A stretch of 64,000 nucleotides of DNA. Origin: Acidobacteria bacterium RIFCSPLOWO2_12_FULL_67_14b (GTDB taxonomy: Bacteria > Acidobacteriota > Vicinamibacteria > Vicinamibacterales > UBA2999). A program made the position numbers and the translations under genes. Each line of letters opens with the position of its first letter. Position 1 is the first letter of the stretch. Below the pieces are notes generated by a model, which had not been told where the DNA came from, did not search any database, and saw only the letters and a list, made by a program, of their open reading frames with translations. Below, in pieces: positions 46,566-58,154 of this stretch. The stretch covers positions 8,547 through 72,546 of the forward strand of contig MELE01000160.1 in the NCBI GenBank assembly GCA_001768615.1, in the 5' to 3' direction.

Positions 46566-47858
46566 TTAGAACCAATAGAGCACCTGCGCGGTCATCATCG
46601 TGTCGCCCCGCACGCGCCCGCCGTCGCGGTGATTGCGCTGCCAGGCGCCTTTGATCTGGATGTTGCGCATGATCGAGTAGCCGCCGCCGGCCTCGATCCG
46701 CCACACATTCGAGTCCCAGGTCTGGGGCCCCCGCGTCGTCGAGAGGGTGCTGAAGTCGAGGCGATCCGCCCGGGCCGCGAGGTAGGCGCCCGGCGCGACC
46801 TTATAGCGGCCCTCGAGCAGGAACGAGGTGGCCACCAGGGGCCCCTCGATCATCGGCGCCGCGATCGCCGGCATCGCCCACGACGAGCGGATGGCCTCGC
46901 CCCGGACGAGCACGCGACCGGCCGAGAACTCCGCGTCGCCGCCCACCGCGGTCTGGTTCGGCCGCTCGGCCGTGCGCGCATCGAACGATCGATCGAGCCA
47001 CGAGCCGCGCGCGGCCGACACGCCGAATGCCAGGGCCGGCGTCGGCCGCGTGACGACGCGGCCGGCAAGCTGGCGGCCGCCGTTGTTGTCCCGCAGCCGC
47101 GGATCCGAGAGCGAGCCCACGCTGATCGCGCCGGTCCACTCGAAGACGCCGTTCACGCCGTGCGCCTGGATGCCGGTGTCCCAGCGTGACGTGTTGACCA
47201 TCGGGAGGCCCGGACCCGGCTCGGTGTTGCCGATGGGGAAGTTCGACAGCCATCCGCGCCCGCGCATTCGCACGAGGTCGTCGGCGTTGGCCGGCAGCGC
47301 ATCGGAGCGGATCGACAGCAGGTACTGATACGCGAGGGGTTGCCCCACCAGCAGGTTGCCGCTGCCGTACGCCGTGCGCGTCATCGAGCCGAACGTCGGC
47401 GGGATGCGGCCGGCCTGCAGATCGAATCGCCGGCCGGGCCACGGACGGATCCGCAGGAACAAGCCATAGGCCTCGAGCACATGACCCTGGTCGAGCCGCA
47501 CCTCGCCGAGCACCTGCACGTGATCGTTCGCGCGCACTTCGACCGAGACCCCCAGCCGGAGATTGCGGATGGCGCTGTATTCGTAGCTGGTGTAGTTGAA
47601 GAAACCGGGATCGTCCGGCGCGAGCGTGGCCGCAACTTCGGCGCCCAGCACGAAGTGTCCGCCGGCGAGGGAAATTGGTTGTTCGGGCAGCAGCTGCGCC
47701 GCGGCCTCGCGCGCCGGGCCGAGCGCGAGGATCCCGCCCAGCACCGAGCACCTCAGCACCGAGCACCTCAGCACCGAGCACCTCAGCACCGAGCACCTCA
47801 GCACCGAGCACCTCAGCACCGAGCACCCAAGCACCCGAGCACCCAAGCACCTAAGCAC
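46566..47858 (-). CDS. Outer-membrane beta-barrel (porin-like) protein, N-terminus built from a tandem repeat
   Basis: C-terminal ...QVLYWF terminus, alternating strands and a cleavage-like AAAQ. The first roughly 40 codons (VLRCS x5) are the 15-bp array, so the true start is uncertain. Confidence 0.6.
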   Translation of the reverse strand: MLRCLGARVLGCSVLRCSVLRCSVLRCSVLRCSVLRCSVLGGILALGPAREAAAQLLPEQPISLAGGHFVLGAEVAATLAPDDPGFFNYTSYEYSAIRNLRLGVSVEVRANDHVQVLGEVRLDQGHVLEAYGLFLRIRPWPGRRFDLQAGRIPPTFGSMTRTAYGSGNLLVGQPLAYQYLLSIRSDALPANADDLVRMRGRGWLSNFPIGNTEPGPGLPMVNTSRWDTGIQAHGVNGVFEWTGAISVGSLSDPRLRDNNGGRQLAGRVVTRPTPALAFGVSAARGSWLDRSFDARTAERPNQTAVGGDAEFSAGRVLVRGEAIRSSWAMPAIAAPMIEGPLVATSFLLEGRYKVAPGAYLAARADRLDFSTLSTTRGPQTWDSNVWRIEAGGGYSIMRNIQIKGAWQRNHRDGGRVRGDTMMTAQVLYWF

Positions 47859-47861
47859 CCC
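47739..47861. repeat. Tandem array: (CAGCACCGAGCACCT)x5-6 followed by NNAGCACC 7-8-mers (16 AGCACC cores)
   Basis: Read directly. Lies in the divergent region between the porin-like gene and the DUF4097 gene and forms the annotated porin N-terminus. Confidence 0.95.
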
Positions 47862-47866
47862 AAAAG

Positions 47867-47881
47867 TATAATGCCCGCGTG
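47867..47881 (+). promoter_or_regulatory. -10 box TATAAT placed 6 nt before the GTG start (leaderless-type arrangement)
   Basis: The sequence is TATAATgcccgcGTG with no SD. Lies directly after the tandem array. Confidence 0.4.
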
Positions 47882-48597
47882 TGGCTCACCCTGCTGCTCA
47901 TGTGGTCGGCGATCGCGGCGGCCGCCACCGATCGCCTGGCGCAAACCGTGCCGCTGCCGGAGGGCCGAACGCTCGCGATCGAGGTCACCATCGGCTCGGT
48001 TCGCCTCGAGGGGTGGGATCGGCCCGAGGCCGAGATCGTGATCGAGCGCCAGGCGCCGACGGCCGACGCGCTCTCGCGATTGCCGGTCGCGATCGACGAG
48101 ACGCCGGACCGTGTACAAGTCAGGGTGATTCAGGCCGCGGGCGGGACCGACCCCGCCCTGCGCGCCGACGTGCTGGTGCGCCTGCCTCGGCGGGCCCGCG
48201 TCGAGCGCGTGCAGGTGCTCGAAGGGACGGTTGCGATCGAGGGCTTCGGCGGCACGCTGACGGCCGACGTCCGCCGGGGGTCGATCGGGGGCACGAACCT
48301 GTCGGGCACGCTCAGGCTCGAAACCGGCATCGGATCCGTGGTGCTGTCGGGCGCGCGCCTGTCGCCCAACGGCCTCCTCCGGCTGCGCGCGTTCAACGGT
48401 GACGTGAAGCTCAGGCTGGCGGAACGGCCGGTCGATGCCCGCATCATGGCGCTCGCGCTCAACGGATCCATCCGATCCGGGATCCCGCTGACCATGAAGG
48501 ACACGTGGGGGCCGAGGTGGGGAGAAACGACCCTGGGCAAGGGCGAGCCGGTGATCTCGATCGACGTGATCACCGGGACGATCGAGATCTCGCTGCC

Positions 48598-48601
<4 letters not shown>
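47879..48601 (+). CDS. DUF4097-like beta-strand-repeat protein (putative adhesin fold)
   Basis: Signal peptide. Repeated G.V.L....G.L.L.T..G.V segments. The GTG start lies 6 nt after a TATAAT box. Confidence 0.6.
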
Positions 48602-50730
<2,129 letters not shown>

Positions 50731-50760
50731 GGCGGAGTGCCATCGTATGCCTGTAACGCC

Positions 50761-50790
50761 TTGACAGGGAAGGGGGCCAACCGGTACAGT
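50761..50790 (+). promoter_or_regulatory. Candidate sigma-70 promoter TTGACA-N18-TACAGT upstream of the iclR-like gene
   Basis: Perfect -35 hexamer, 18-nt spacer and a 4/6 match at -10. Lies about 28 nt before the ATG at 50818. Confidence 0.35.
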
Positions 50791-50817
50791 CAGAAATCTG
50801 AAACGTCGTTCCGTATA

Positions 50818-51579
50818 ATGGAATCAGCCTCGTCCTCAGCACGCGTCCAGGCCGCCGCCACTTCCATCGACAAGGCCCTCAAGGTCTGCGAAGTCCTCAG
50901 CGGCGTGCCTCGCGGGATGAGCCTGTCGGATCTGGCCCGTGCCGTCCGCCAGCCGGCCTCCACCGTCCATCGCCTCCTCGCGGTCCTCAAGCGGCGCGGC
51001 TACGTTCGCAAAGATGACGAGTCGCAGCGCTACGGCCTGACCTTGAAGATGCTCGACCTGAGTTTCCGTTCGCTCGGGCAATCGGAATTACGTCTGCACG
51101 CGTACCCGATCATGCGCGAGTACGTCCTGCGCACGCCGTACCGCGGGTTCATCGCGATTCCGTCGAGTGGCGAGGTCACCTACGTGTGGAGCACCGGCCC
51201 GGACGAGGTGGCGATGCGGACCGTCTACGGGAAGGAAATGCCGGGGCACTGCGCGATCTATTTTTCGCCGCGCCAAGCCACGCGCCGCCTCAGTTGCCTG
51301 CGGCTCGCCACGTCCGCGGAATTGAGCAAGCCCGAGGCCACCGTCATTCGCCTCGGGCCGCCGCCGATGGAACCCGATGCGCTCCAGCGCCTGTTCTGCA
51401 CCTGCGCGCCGGTGCGCGATTACACGGGGCAGGAAGTGGCCCGCGTCGGCGTGTTCGGGCACGGCGCCGACGATGGTCCCATCCTGACGGAACATCACCG
51501 CGGCGCGTGGGACCTGGCGCGCCGCATCTCGATGCGCCTCGGCCACGTGGCAGCCAGCGCGCTCGAAAGCACGGCATAA
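50818..51579 (+). CDS. IclR family transcriptional regulator
   Basis: N-terminal wHTH SIDKALKVCEVLSG...MSLSDLARAVRQPASTVHRLLAVLKRRGYV. ATG 50818 chosen, though GTG 50737 is possible. Confidence 0.75.
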   Translation: MESASSSARVQAAATSIDKALKVCEVLSGVPRGMSLSDLARAVRQPASTVHRLLAVLKRRGYVRKDDESQRYGLTLKMLDLSFRSLGQSELRLHAYPIMREYVLRTPYRGFIAIPSSGEVTYVWSTGPDEVAMRTVYGKEMPGHCAIYFSPRQATRRLSCLRLATSAELSKPEATVIRLGPPPMEPDALQRLFCTCAPVRDYTGQEVARVGVFGHGADDGPILTEHHRGAWDLARRISMRLGHVAASALESTA

Positions 51580-51582
51580 CCC

Positions 51583-51617
51583 TGAACTCTGAACTTTGAA
51601 CTCTGAACTCTTAACTA
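51583..51617. repeat. Tandem heptamer array (TGAACTC)x4-5, reverse complement of the GAGTTCA unit at 34621
   Basis: Starts 4 nt after the iclR TAA and lies upstream of fdxA. Confidence 0.9.
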
Positions 51618-51629
51618 CAAGGATCAGTA

Positions 51630-51890
51630 ATGGCCTACATCATCACCGAACCCTGCATCGGCACCAAGGACTCCGCCTGCGTCGACGTGTGCCCGGTCGA
51701 CTGCATTCACCCGCGGAAGGACGAAGCCGATTTCGAGGCCGCGACGCAGCTCTACATTCACCCCGACGAGTGCATCGATTGCGGCGCGTGCGTGCCGGCC
51801 TGCCCGGTGGAGGCCATCTTCGCCCTCGACGAGGTGCCCGAAAAGTGGAAGAACTACATCGAAATCAACGCCAAGCACTTCCAGAAATAA
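51630..51890 (+). CDS. fdxA: 7Fe ferredoxin (3Fe-4S plus 4Fe-4S)
   Basis: C-x7-C-x3-CP followed by CIDCGACVPACP. 86 aa. Confidence 0.85.
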   Translation: MAYIITEPCIGTKDSACVDVCPVDCIHPRKDEADFEAATQLYIHPDECIDCGACVPACPVEAIFALDEVPEKWKNYIEINAKHFQK

Positions 51891-52025
51891 GGGGTTGCCG
51901 GGCGGAGGATTGCCATTAGAATCGGCCACAGGACCACGGGTTGCGCCCCCGGGGCCCTGGATCTCCTGATCTCGTGATTTCGCGGCTTCGCCTGATTCCC
52001 GGCGAAGCAGTTGGAATGAGGGTGT

Positions 52026-53531
52026 ATGCCGATTCGACCCCGCTATACGTTGGTTGCCGCGGCCCTTGCCACGGCGCTGGTCTCGGGTGTTCACGGGCGC
52101 ACGGCCGACGATGCCGAACTGCAGTTCCAGATTGGCACGCTCCTGTTCGAGGAGACGCGCTTCCGCGAAGCGCTGGAAGCCTTCCGCAAAGCCACGCTGA
52201 CCGACAACAAGTCGATGGCCGTCCAGGCGCGGATCGGCGTGGTGAAGTCGGCCCTGCGCCTGGGCGAGTTCGCCGAGGCGCAGCGCGAGGCCGCCACCCT
52301 CAAGACTGCGGCGCCGCGCAGCGCCGAGGTCATCTCGATTCACGCCGACGCGCAGTGGTCGGCCGGCCTGTTCGACGAGGCGCATGCCGGGTTCAAGGAC
52401 GCGCTCGCCCTCGTGCCCGACCTGTCGCGCGGGCACCATGGCCTGGCCCGGGCCCTCGCGTCGCAGAACAAGCTGGACGAGGCGCTCAACGAGGCGCAGA
52501 TTGCGCTGAAGCTCGCGCCCCGCGACGAGGAAGTCCACCACACGGTGGGCAGCATCTTCGAGCGCATGCGCCGCTACGAGCAGGCCGCCGCCGCGTACGG
52601 CAACTACGTCAACCTGCTGCCGAACAAGGACCGCAGCGATAAGGCCTCGTGGTCGCGGTCGCAGATCCGTTTCCTCAAGTCGTTCGGCGAACGCGAGCCG
52701 ATCGCCATTGAAGAGCCAGGCGCAGACGTCCTCCACACGATGGACTTCCGCGTGGTCGACGAAAAGGTGATCGTCAAGGCCAAGGTCAACGGCGGCCGTC
52801 CGCAGGACTTCGTGCTGGACACCGGCTCGGAGCTGACGACCATCTCGCGCCAGACGGCGTCGTCGGCGATCGTGCGGCCCATCACCTACACGCTCAGCGC
52901 CGGCGTCGGCGAGGTGGGCCTGCGCGGCCTGCAACTGGGCCGCCTCGATTCCCTCGAGATCGGCACGCTCAAGCTGACCAACGTGCCGGCCCTGATCAAG
53001 GCCCCGGCGCTGCGCGGCATCCCGAAGCGCGAAACCGAGAGCTTCTCGCCGCTCGGCCTCGGCCTGTCGATGACCATCGACTACGCGAGCCGCAAGCTGT
53101 CGATCGGCCGCCACCTGCCCGAGGAGCGCGCCGAGTTCACGCTGCCGATGCGGCACCACCGGCTGACCCTGGTGCGCGGGCTGATCAACCGGACGCGTCC
53201 CACCTACTTCGTGGTCGACACCGGCGGCGAGGTGATCTCGATCAGCACCGCCACGGCCGACGAGATCAACCAGTCGATGCCGCGGAAGATCGCGCTGAGG
53301 GTCTACGGCACGTCGGGGTGGGACCGCGATGCGTTCCTGCTGCCGGGCGTCAACCTGCAGTTCCAGAACATCGCCTTCAACAACTTCGCCGTCGTCGTCC
53401 TGAACCTCCACGCGCCGAGCGTCCTGCTCGGCTTCCAGGTCGGCGGCATCGTCGGCCACAAGTTCCTGAGTCCGTACCGCGTCTCGCTGGATCTGGACCG
53501 CAGCGAGCTGCGGATGACGAAAGCCAACTAG
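52026..53531 (+). CDS. Exported TPR protein with two retropepsin-like aspartyl protease domains
   Basis: Signal peptide, N-terminal TPR helices, then FVLDTGSELT and FVVDTGGEVI (DTG active-site motifs). Confidence 0.75.
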   Translation: MPIRPRYTLVAAALATALVSGVHGRTADDAELQFQIGTLLFEETRFREALEAFRKATLTDNKSMAVQARIGVVKSALRLGEFAEAQREAATLKTAAPRSAEVISIHADAQWSAGLFDEAHAGFKDALALVPDLSRGHHGLARALASQNKLDEALNEAQIALKLAPRDEEVHHTVGSIFERMRRYEQAAAAYGNYVNLLPNKDRSDKASWSRSQIRFLKSFGEREPIAIEEPGADVLHTMDFRVVDEKVIVKAKVNGGRPQDFVLDTGSELTTISRQTASSAIVRPITYTLSAGVGEVGLRGLQLGRLDSLEIGTLKLTNVPALIKAPALRGIPKRETESFSPLGLGLSMTIDYASRKLSIGRHLPEERAEFTLPMRHHRLTLVRGLINRTRPTYFVVDTGGEVISISTATADEINQSMPRKIALRVYGTSGWDRDAFLLPGVNLQFQNIAFNNFAVVVLNLHAPSVLLGFQVGGIVGHKFLSPYRVSLDLDRSELRMTKAN

Positions 53532-53538
53532 CCGTAGC

Positions 53539-53583
53539 GGCGGGTCTTGAGACCCGCCGTTCCCTCTTCAGACCCGCCGTTCC
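53539..53583. terminator. REP-like hairpin GGCGGGTC-TTGA-GACCCGCC plus duplicated half-site, between convergent genes
   Basis: Perfect 8-bp stem (53539-53558). The right arm is repeated at 53566-53583 and overlaps the thioesterase stop. Possible bidirectional terminator. Confidence 0.5.
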
Positions 53584-54044
53584 ATCTTCCGGCGCAGCCG
53601 TTCGGCGCGCCGCTGGTGGGCCTGGCGGCAGCGTTCCTCGTCTTCAGGCGTCTCCAGCAGCAGGGGCGGCACCGGCTGTGCCTTGCCGTCCCGATCGATC
53701 GCCACAAACGTGAGGTACGCGCGGCTGGTGAGCCTGCGCGTACCCGTTTCGATGGCCTCGGAGAAGACCTCCACTTCCACCTCGAGCGACGTCTTGAAGG
53801 TGCAGGTGACGCGGGACTTGAGGAGGATCAGGTCGCCGACCTTGATCGGGTGGATGAACTCGAGACCGTCCACGCCCGCCGTGAGGGCGAGCGTGTTGGT
53901 GTGGCGGTGGCACGCGATCGCCCCGGTGATGTCGATGAGGTGCATCACCGTGCCGCCCAGGATGAACCCGAGCGGGTTGGAGTCGTTGGGCAGGACGACC
54001 TGGACCGTCTCGGCCGTGGAGTCCTGCCAGCGCTTGGCCTTCAA
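53568..54044 (-). CDS. Acyl-CoA thioesterase (hotdog fold, YciA-like)
   Basis: PNDSNPLGFILGGTVMHLIDITGA...FIHPIKVGD. The last codons are encoded by a REP half-site. Confidence 0.8.
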   Translation of the reverse strand: MKAKRWQDSTAETVQVVLPNDSNPLGFILGGTVMHLIDITGAIACHRHTNTLALTAGVDGLEFIHPIKVGDLILLKSRVTCTFKTSLEVEVEVFSEAIETGTRRLTSRAYLTFVAIDRDGKAQPVPPLLLETPEDEERCRQAHQRRAERLRRKMERRV

Positions 54045-54051
54045 GCCGTGG

Positions 54052-57000
54052 TTACCAGTCGTAACCGATCCACAGCGAGAACTTGACCTTGCGGAACGCT
54101 TCGCTGCCGCCCTCGCGGGCGAAGACGATGTCTTCCCAGTCCTTGTTCATCAGCGTCTTCCACGACCAGTCGAAGTGGACGGGGAAGCCCAGGGCGAAGG
54201 TCGAGAGGCTGATGCCGTAGGAGGCGCGGGCGTCGACGAGGCGGTTGCCGCTGATCAGCACGGGCGCGCCGTACACGGGCGTCTGGTCCTCGTTGAAGTT
54301 GACGATGGGCCGTTCGATCGACGCGGTGCGCGTGAACACCTTGAACGGCGTGCCTTCGAAGTGCGCGCCGCCGAGCCCGGCGAAGAGCGTGGCCCGCACG
54401 CCGCCGAGCACGCCGATCGGCGTGGCCATGGCGTCGATCAACGGGAAGCGCACCTCCGCGTTGGTGAAGAAGGCGTTCTGCCCCACGAACTGCAGGTACT
54501 CGTAGCCGCGCAACTCCGAGTTGCCGCCGAAGTAGGTGTAGTCGGGGTTGTCGCCCCAGCTCTTGAAACCGCGCGCGCGCAGCGCGAGCAGGCCGGTTGC
54601 GCCGAGGCGGAAGTACTTCCGGGCATCGCCGTCGAGGGTCTGCCGCGCCAGCGAGTCGCCGATCTTCGGCGCCACTTCATAGGCGAGCCGCATGGTGCTG
54701 CCCGAGAGCGGCCCGAACTCGCGGAAGACCGTGGTCTCCTGCACGAAGGCGGCGCCGAACGGAATCATGCTGCCGTTGTTGAACAGCGGCCGCCCGAACT
54801 GCTCCTGCTGGTACTCGGCCGAGATCTGCTCGAGCACGGGGTCGTTGAAGCTCTCCTTGTAGCGGTTGAATCCGCCGTAGACCTCGATGCGGCGATACCG
54901 GTTGAACGGGTAGATCCCGAACATCGTCCCGCCCTGCATGGTGCGGGTCGCGGTGGCGAGATCGCGGTCGATCAGGCTCGAGTAGATCGGGTCGTAGAAC
55001 ACGTTCTCGAGCTGGCCGTAGTAGAACTGCGTCGTGTTGTAGCCCTGGAGCGCCCACTGCAGGCGCTTCTCCATGTTGACCCACGTGAACGACATGGTGC
55101 GGTACTGCGACACCGACGACACGAACAGGTTGAACTGCTGGTCGCCGAGCACGTCGGTGAACACCACCTGGGTGCCGCCGAACACGTCGCCGCCGCTGGT
55201 CACGCCGAGGGCGACCGGCGGGCGCCCCTCGAGGAACAGCTTCTCGAACTTGCCCTTCTTCTTCTTGTTGTCGGCCACCAGCGTGTGGCTGAGCGGCGCC
55301 TGGAAGTCGACGATGGGGCCCGGCGAGCCGAAGTCGGCCGACGCGACCTTGGTGATCTCGTCCTTGCGCTCGAGCACGTGCAGGCCGTACTCGCCCTTGA
55401 AGTAGGTGACAAACGCCAGCTTCGAGTTGGCGCCGTCGCGCAGCACCACCGGCGATACGTTACCGGCAAGGGCATCGGTGTACTGCTTGAGCTCGTTGGT
55501 CTTGAGGTCGAGCGTCCAGAGGTTGTAGACCTGTCCGTTCCGGGCCACCTCGGGATCGATCGGCTCGGCCGGGTTCACCGCCGTCGACGCGAACACCAGC
55601 GTGTTGGCGTCCATGAACTGGGCGCCGCTCTCGTCGTGCGTGCCGAAGGTGAGCTGGGTCTTGTTCCCGCCGTTGGCGTCCATCCGGAAGATCTTCTCGT
55701 TGCCGCTGACGCGCACGAGGTAGACGAGCGACCGGCCGTCGGCGGCCCACGTCGGCGCGTAGTTGGCAAACGGGTCCTTCGTCAGGTTGACGACTTCCTT
55801 CGTGTCGAGGTTGATGGTGAAGATGTCGGAGTCGCTGTCGCGCATGCCCGAGAAGGCGATCAGCCGGCCATCGGGCGAGAAGTCGGGCGACTCGGGCGCG
55901 TCGATCGTGTTCAGCGGAATGCGAATCTCGACCTTCTTCGAGATCACGTTCTGCACGATCAGCGAGCGGTCCTTCTCGGTGCGCACGAAGTAGGCGAGGC
56001 GGTCGCCCTGCGGCGACCACGACATCCACGGCACCGAGTTCCAGCGCCCGCCCGGTGTCGCCAGGTACTCGAAACCCATGCTCTGGTCGAAGCCCGCCGT
56101 GAGGTTGCGGATGATCGAACCGTCCTTCGCCGAAATCAGGACGATGTCGTATTCGCGATCGCGGCCGTTGCCGGTCATGCCGGCGATCAGGTCGCCCGAC
56201 GGCGACGGCTCGATCGACAGCACGTTCGAGAAGCGGCCCTTGCGCGGGTCCGGAGCCAGGTCGCGGCCGTAATCGGCGGGCCGCTCCTTGTCGCGGAACG
56301 GCTTGAAGCGCTCCTTCAGGTAGCGATCGAACTGCTGGTCCCATTCCTCCGGCGTGACCTGGAACGCTTCCTCGTAGGCATCATCGCTGCCGCCGATCAC
56401 CGAGCGGCGCAGCGCGAAGACATAGGCGCGCACGCCTTCCTTGCCCCACTTCGACTCCATGAACTCGAACGCGGCGTGGCCCAGGTTGTAGATCAGGCGC
56501 GGGTTGCTGAAACCGCCGTAATCCTCCATTTCGCTCATCTTCGGCACGATGTCCGACACTGCGGCGTCGCGCACGGTCATGAGGTCGAGCGGACGCCAGT
56601 AGCCCGTCATGTAGTCCGACATCCCTTCCATCGTCCACAGCGGCATGTTGCGGCGGATGAGGCCCGTGGGAATGATGTCGAACTGGAACTGGTGGGTGAG
56701 CTCGTGGACGATCAGCCGGTAGAGCAGGTCCGGCGGCTCGTCGATCGGCATGACGATGCGGTAGCGGCCCGGCTCGGCGAAGGCGCCGACGCCCTCCTGG
56801 GCGGCGCCCGGCACCACGTTCTGCTGCCAGAACTCGCTGCTCGTCGAGAACAGGATCAGCGGCAGCTTCATCGACAGGTCGTGCTTCAGCTCGGAGCTGA
56901 CGTGCTGATAGGCGCTCTCGGCGTAGCCGGCAATGCGCTCGAGGTGCGGCTCGATCTCCGGGTAGTAGTAGATCTCGAAGTGCTCGGTCTGATACGTGTG

Positions 57001-57153
57001 CCAGTCGAAGTGGTCGTAGCGGATCTGGTTCTTGCCGAAGTACGGGATGTACTGGGTCTGCGCCTCCACGTTGGGCGCGCCGAAGGCAACCGCCACCATC
57101 ACGAGGACGGCCATGGCCATGGGCGCCAAGGACTTTCGCTGCGGGGTGCGCAT
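54052..57153 (-). CDS. Large outer-membrane protein: HExxH metallopeptidase-like module, TolB-like beta-propeller repeats and an Omp85/BamA-type barrel
   Basis: HELTHQF motif in the N-terminal module. Repeated PD40-like segments (SP.GD.IAF, DIF...). The C-terminal barrel ends IGYDW. The ATG at 57153 has AAGGAG 6 nt upstream. Confidence 0.75.
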   Translation of the reverse strand: MRTPQRKSLAPMAMAVLVMVAVAFGAPNVEAQTQYIPYFGKNQIRYDHFDWHTYQTEHFEIYYYPEIEPHLERIAGYAESAYQHVSSELKHDLSMKLPLILFSTSSEFWQQNVVPGAAQEGVGAFAEPGRYRIVMPIDEPPDLLYRLIVHELTHQFQFDIIPTGLIRRNMPLWTMEGMSDYMTGYWRPLDLMTVRDAAVSDIVPKMSEMEDYGGFSNPRLIYNLGHAAFEFMESKWGKEGVRAYVFALRRSVIGGSDDAYEEAFQVTPEEWDQQFDRYLKERFKPFRDKERPADYGRDLAPDPRKGRFSNVLSIEPSPSGDLIAGMTGNGRDREYDIVLISAKDGSIIRNLTAGFDQSMGFEYLATPGGRWNSVPWMSWSPQGDRLAYFVRTEKDRSLIVQNVISKKVEIRIPLNTIDAPESPDFSPDGRLIAFSGMRDSDSDIFTINLDTKEVVNLTKDPFANYAPTWAADGRSLVYLVRVSGNEKIFRMDANGGNKTQLTFGTHDESGAQFMDANTLVFASTAVNPAEPIDPEVARNGQVYNLWTLDLKTNELKQYTDALAGNVSPVVLRDGANSKLAFVTYFKGEYGLHVLERKDEITKVASADFGSPGPIVDFQAPLSHTLVADNKKKKGKFEKLFLEGRPPVALGVTSGGDVFGGTQVVFTDVLGDQQFNLFVSSVSQYRTMSFTWVNMEKRLQWALQGYNTTQFYYGQLENVFYDPIYSSLIDRDLATATRTMQGGTMFGIYPFNRYRRIEVYGGFNRYKESFNDPVLEQISAEYQQEQFGRPLFNNGSMIPFGAAFVQETTVFREFGPLSGSTMRLAYEVAPKIGDSLARQTLDGDARKYFRLGATGLLALRARGFKSWGDNPDYTYFGGNSELRGYEYLQFVGQNAFFTNAEVRFPLIDAMATPIGVLGGVRATLFAGLGGAHFEGTPFKVFTRTASIERPIVNFNEDQTPVYGAPVLISGNRLVDARASYGISLSTFALGFPVHFDWSWKTLMNKDWEDIVFAREGGSEAFRKVKFSLWIGYDW

Positions 57154-57415
57154 AGTCTCTCCTTGCTGCATCTTACCGATCATGAGACGAGGGCCGCAAT
57201 CAAAGGGCCTGCCTGAGCGTCCCGCAGAGCAAGATTCGATCCGGCGATCTTCGTCCTATACTTGGGACGCGGCGGCCTGCTCCGCCGGACCCTTGGGAGT
57301 ATTCAGGTGGCCCCGGGGTTCTCGTCAAAGTCGGCCTGATTTTCGCATGTTTTCCGGTCCTACCTGGAGGCGTTTCGCCTGCGGCCGGTTTGCCGCGTAG
57401 CGCGATGCCCGCAGA

Positions 57416-58072
57416 ATGAGGCAAAATAGCGGCATGGAACAGCAGCCCACCGCCAGCGAAACGCCGCCGCAGCCGTCGTCGAAGATGCGGATGGTGGCCG
57501 TCGCCGCCACCGCGCTCGCCCTGCTGGGCATCAGCATCCCGTTCGTCTGGCAGCCGACCGAGGCGGAGCCGGTGTCGGCGGCCGCGGGCGGCGTGACGCC
57601 GGTGGCCTCGCACGACACCGGTGAGGCGAGCGCCGAGACCGCCGCGTGCATGGCCAACCCCAAGACCGCCAACATGGACTTCACGATGAAGGACCTGGAC
57701 GGCAAGGACGTGTCGCTGTCGTCCTATAAGGGCAAGGTCGTGCTGCTCAACTTCTGGGCGACCTGGTGCGGCCCGTGCAAGGCGGAGATCCCGGGCTTTG
57801 TCGAGATCCAGGAAAAGTACAAGGACAAGCTCGTGATCGTCGGTTTCTCGGTGGACGACACCGCTGAAAAAGCGCGCGAGTATGCGAACCAGTACAAGAT
57901 GAATTACCCGATTCTGCTCGGCGAGGGGCGCGAAGACGTGCAGGACGCGTACGGTCCGATCTGGGGCATTCCCGCGTCGTTCATCATCAGCAAGGACGGG
58001 AAGGTCTGCCGCAAGCACCTCGGCATCGCGCCGAAGGCCGTGTTCGAAAAAGAGGTCGTCGCGCTGATGTGA
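57416..58072 (+). CDS. TlpA-family periplasmic thiol:disulfide oxidoreductase
   Basis: VLLNFWATWCGPCKAEIP thioredoxin motif with a membrane anchor. The start could instead be an internal ATG. Confidence 0.85.
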   Translation: MRQNSGMEQQPTASETPPQPSSKMRMVAVAATALALLGISIPFVWQPTEAEPVSAAAGGVTPVASHDTGEASAETAACMANPKTANMDFTMKDLDGKDVSLSSYKGKVVLLNFWATWCGPCKAEIPGFVEIQEKYKDKLVIVGFSVDDTAEKAREYANQYKMNYPILLGEGREDVQDAYGPIWGIPASFIISKDGKVCRKHLGIAPKAVFEKEVVALM

Positions 58073-58110
58073 GAGAAAAAGCGACCGGCTGATGAGAAAA
58101 GGCCGATGTG

Positions 58111-58134
58111 GGGACAAACCTTTAGGTTTGTCCC
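58111..58134. repeat. Hairpin GGGACAAACC-TTTA-GGTTTGTCCC (third copy of the 6625 family)
   Basis: Perfect 10-bp stem located 39 nt after the tlpA-like stop. Could terminate that gene. Confidence 0.8.
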
Positions 58135-58154
58135 TGTAGTATGATCACGACATC

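Noticed and set aside
47739-47861. Tandem arrays as possible CRISPR arrays
   Set aside because: The units are 7-15 bp and directly abutting, with no unique spacers of 25-40 bp. No cas genes are in the window.
50814-50819. TATAAT hexamer as the -10 box for the iclR-like gene
   Set aside because: It overlaps the preferred ATG (50818), so it cannot drive that start. The TTGACA-N18-TACAGT pair further upstream is more coherent.
53683-57216. 1177-aa plus-strand ORF opposite the Omp85-fusion gene
   Set aside because: It is a shadow ORF. It is antisense to a well-supported 1033-aa gene, with extreme Arg/Val/Ala/Glu composition and no motifs.
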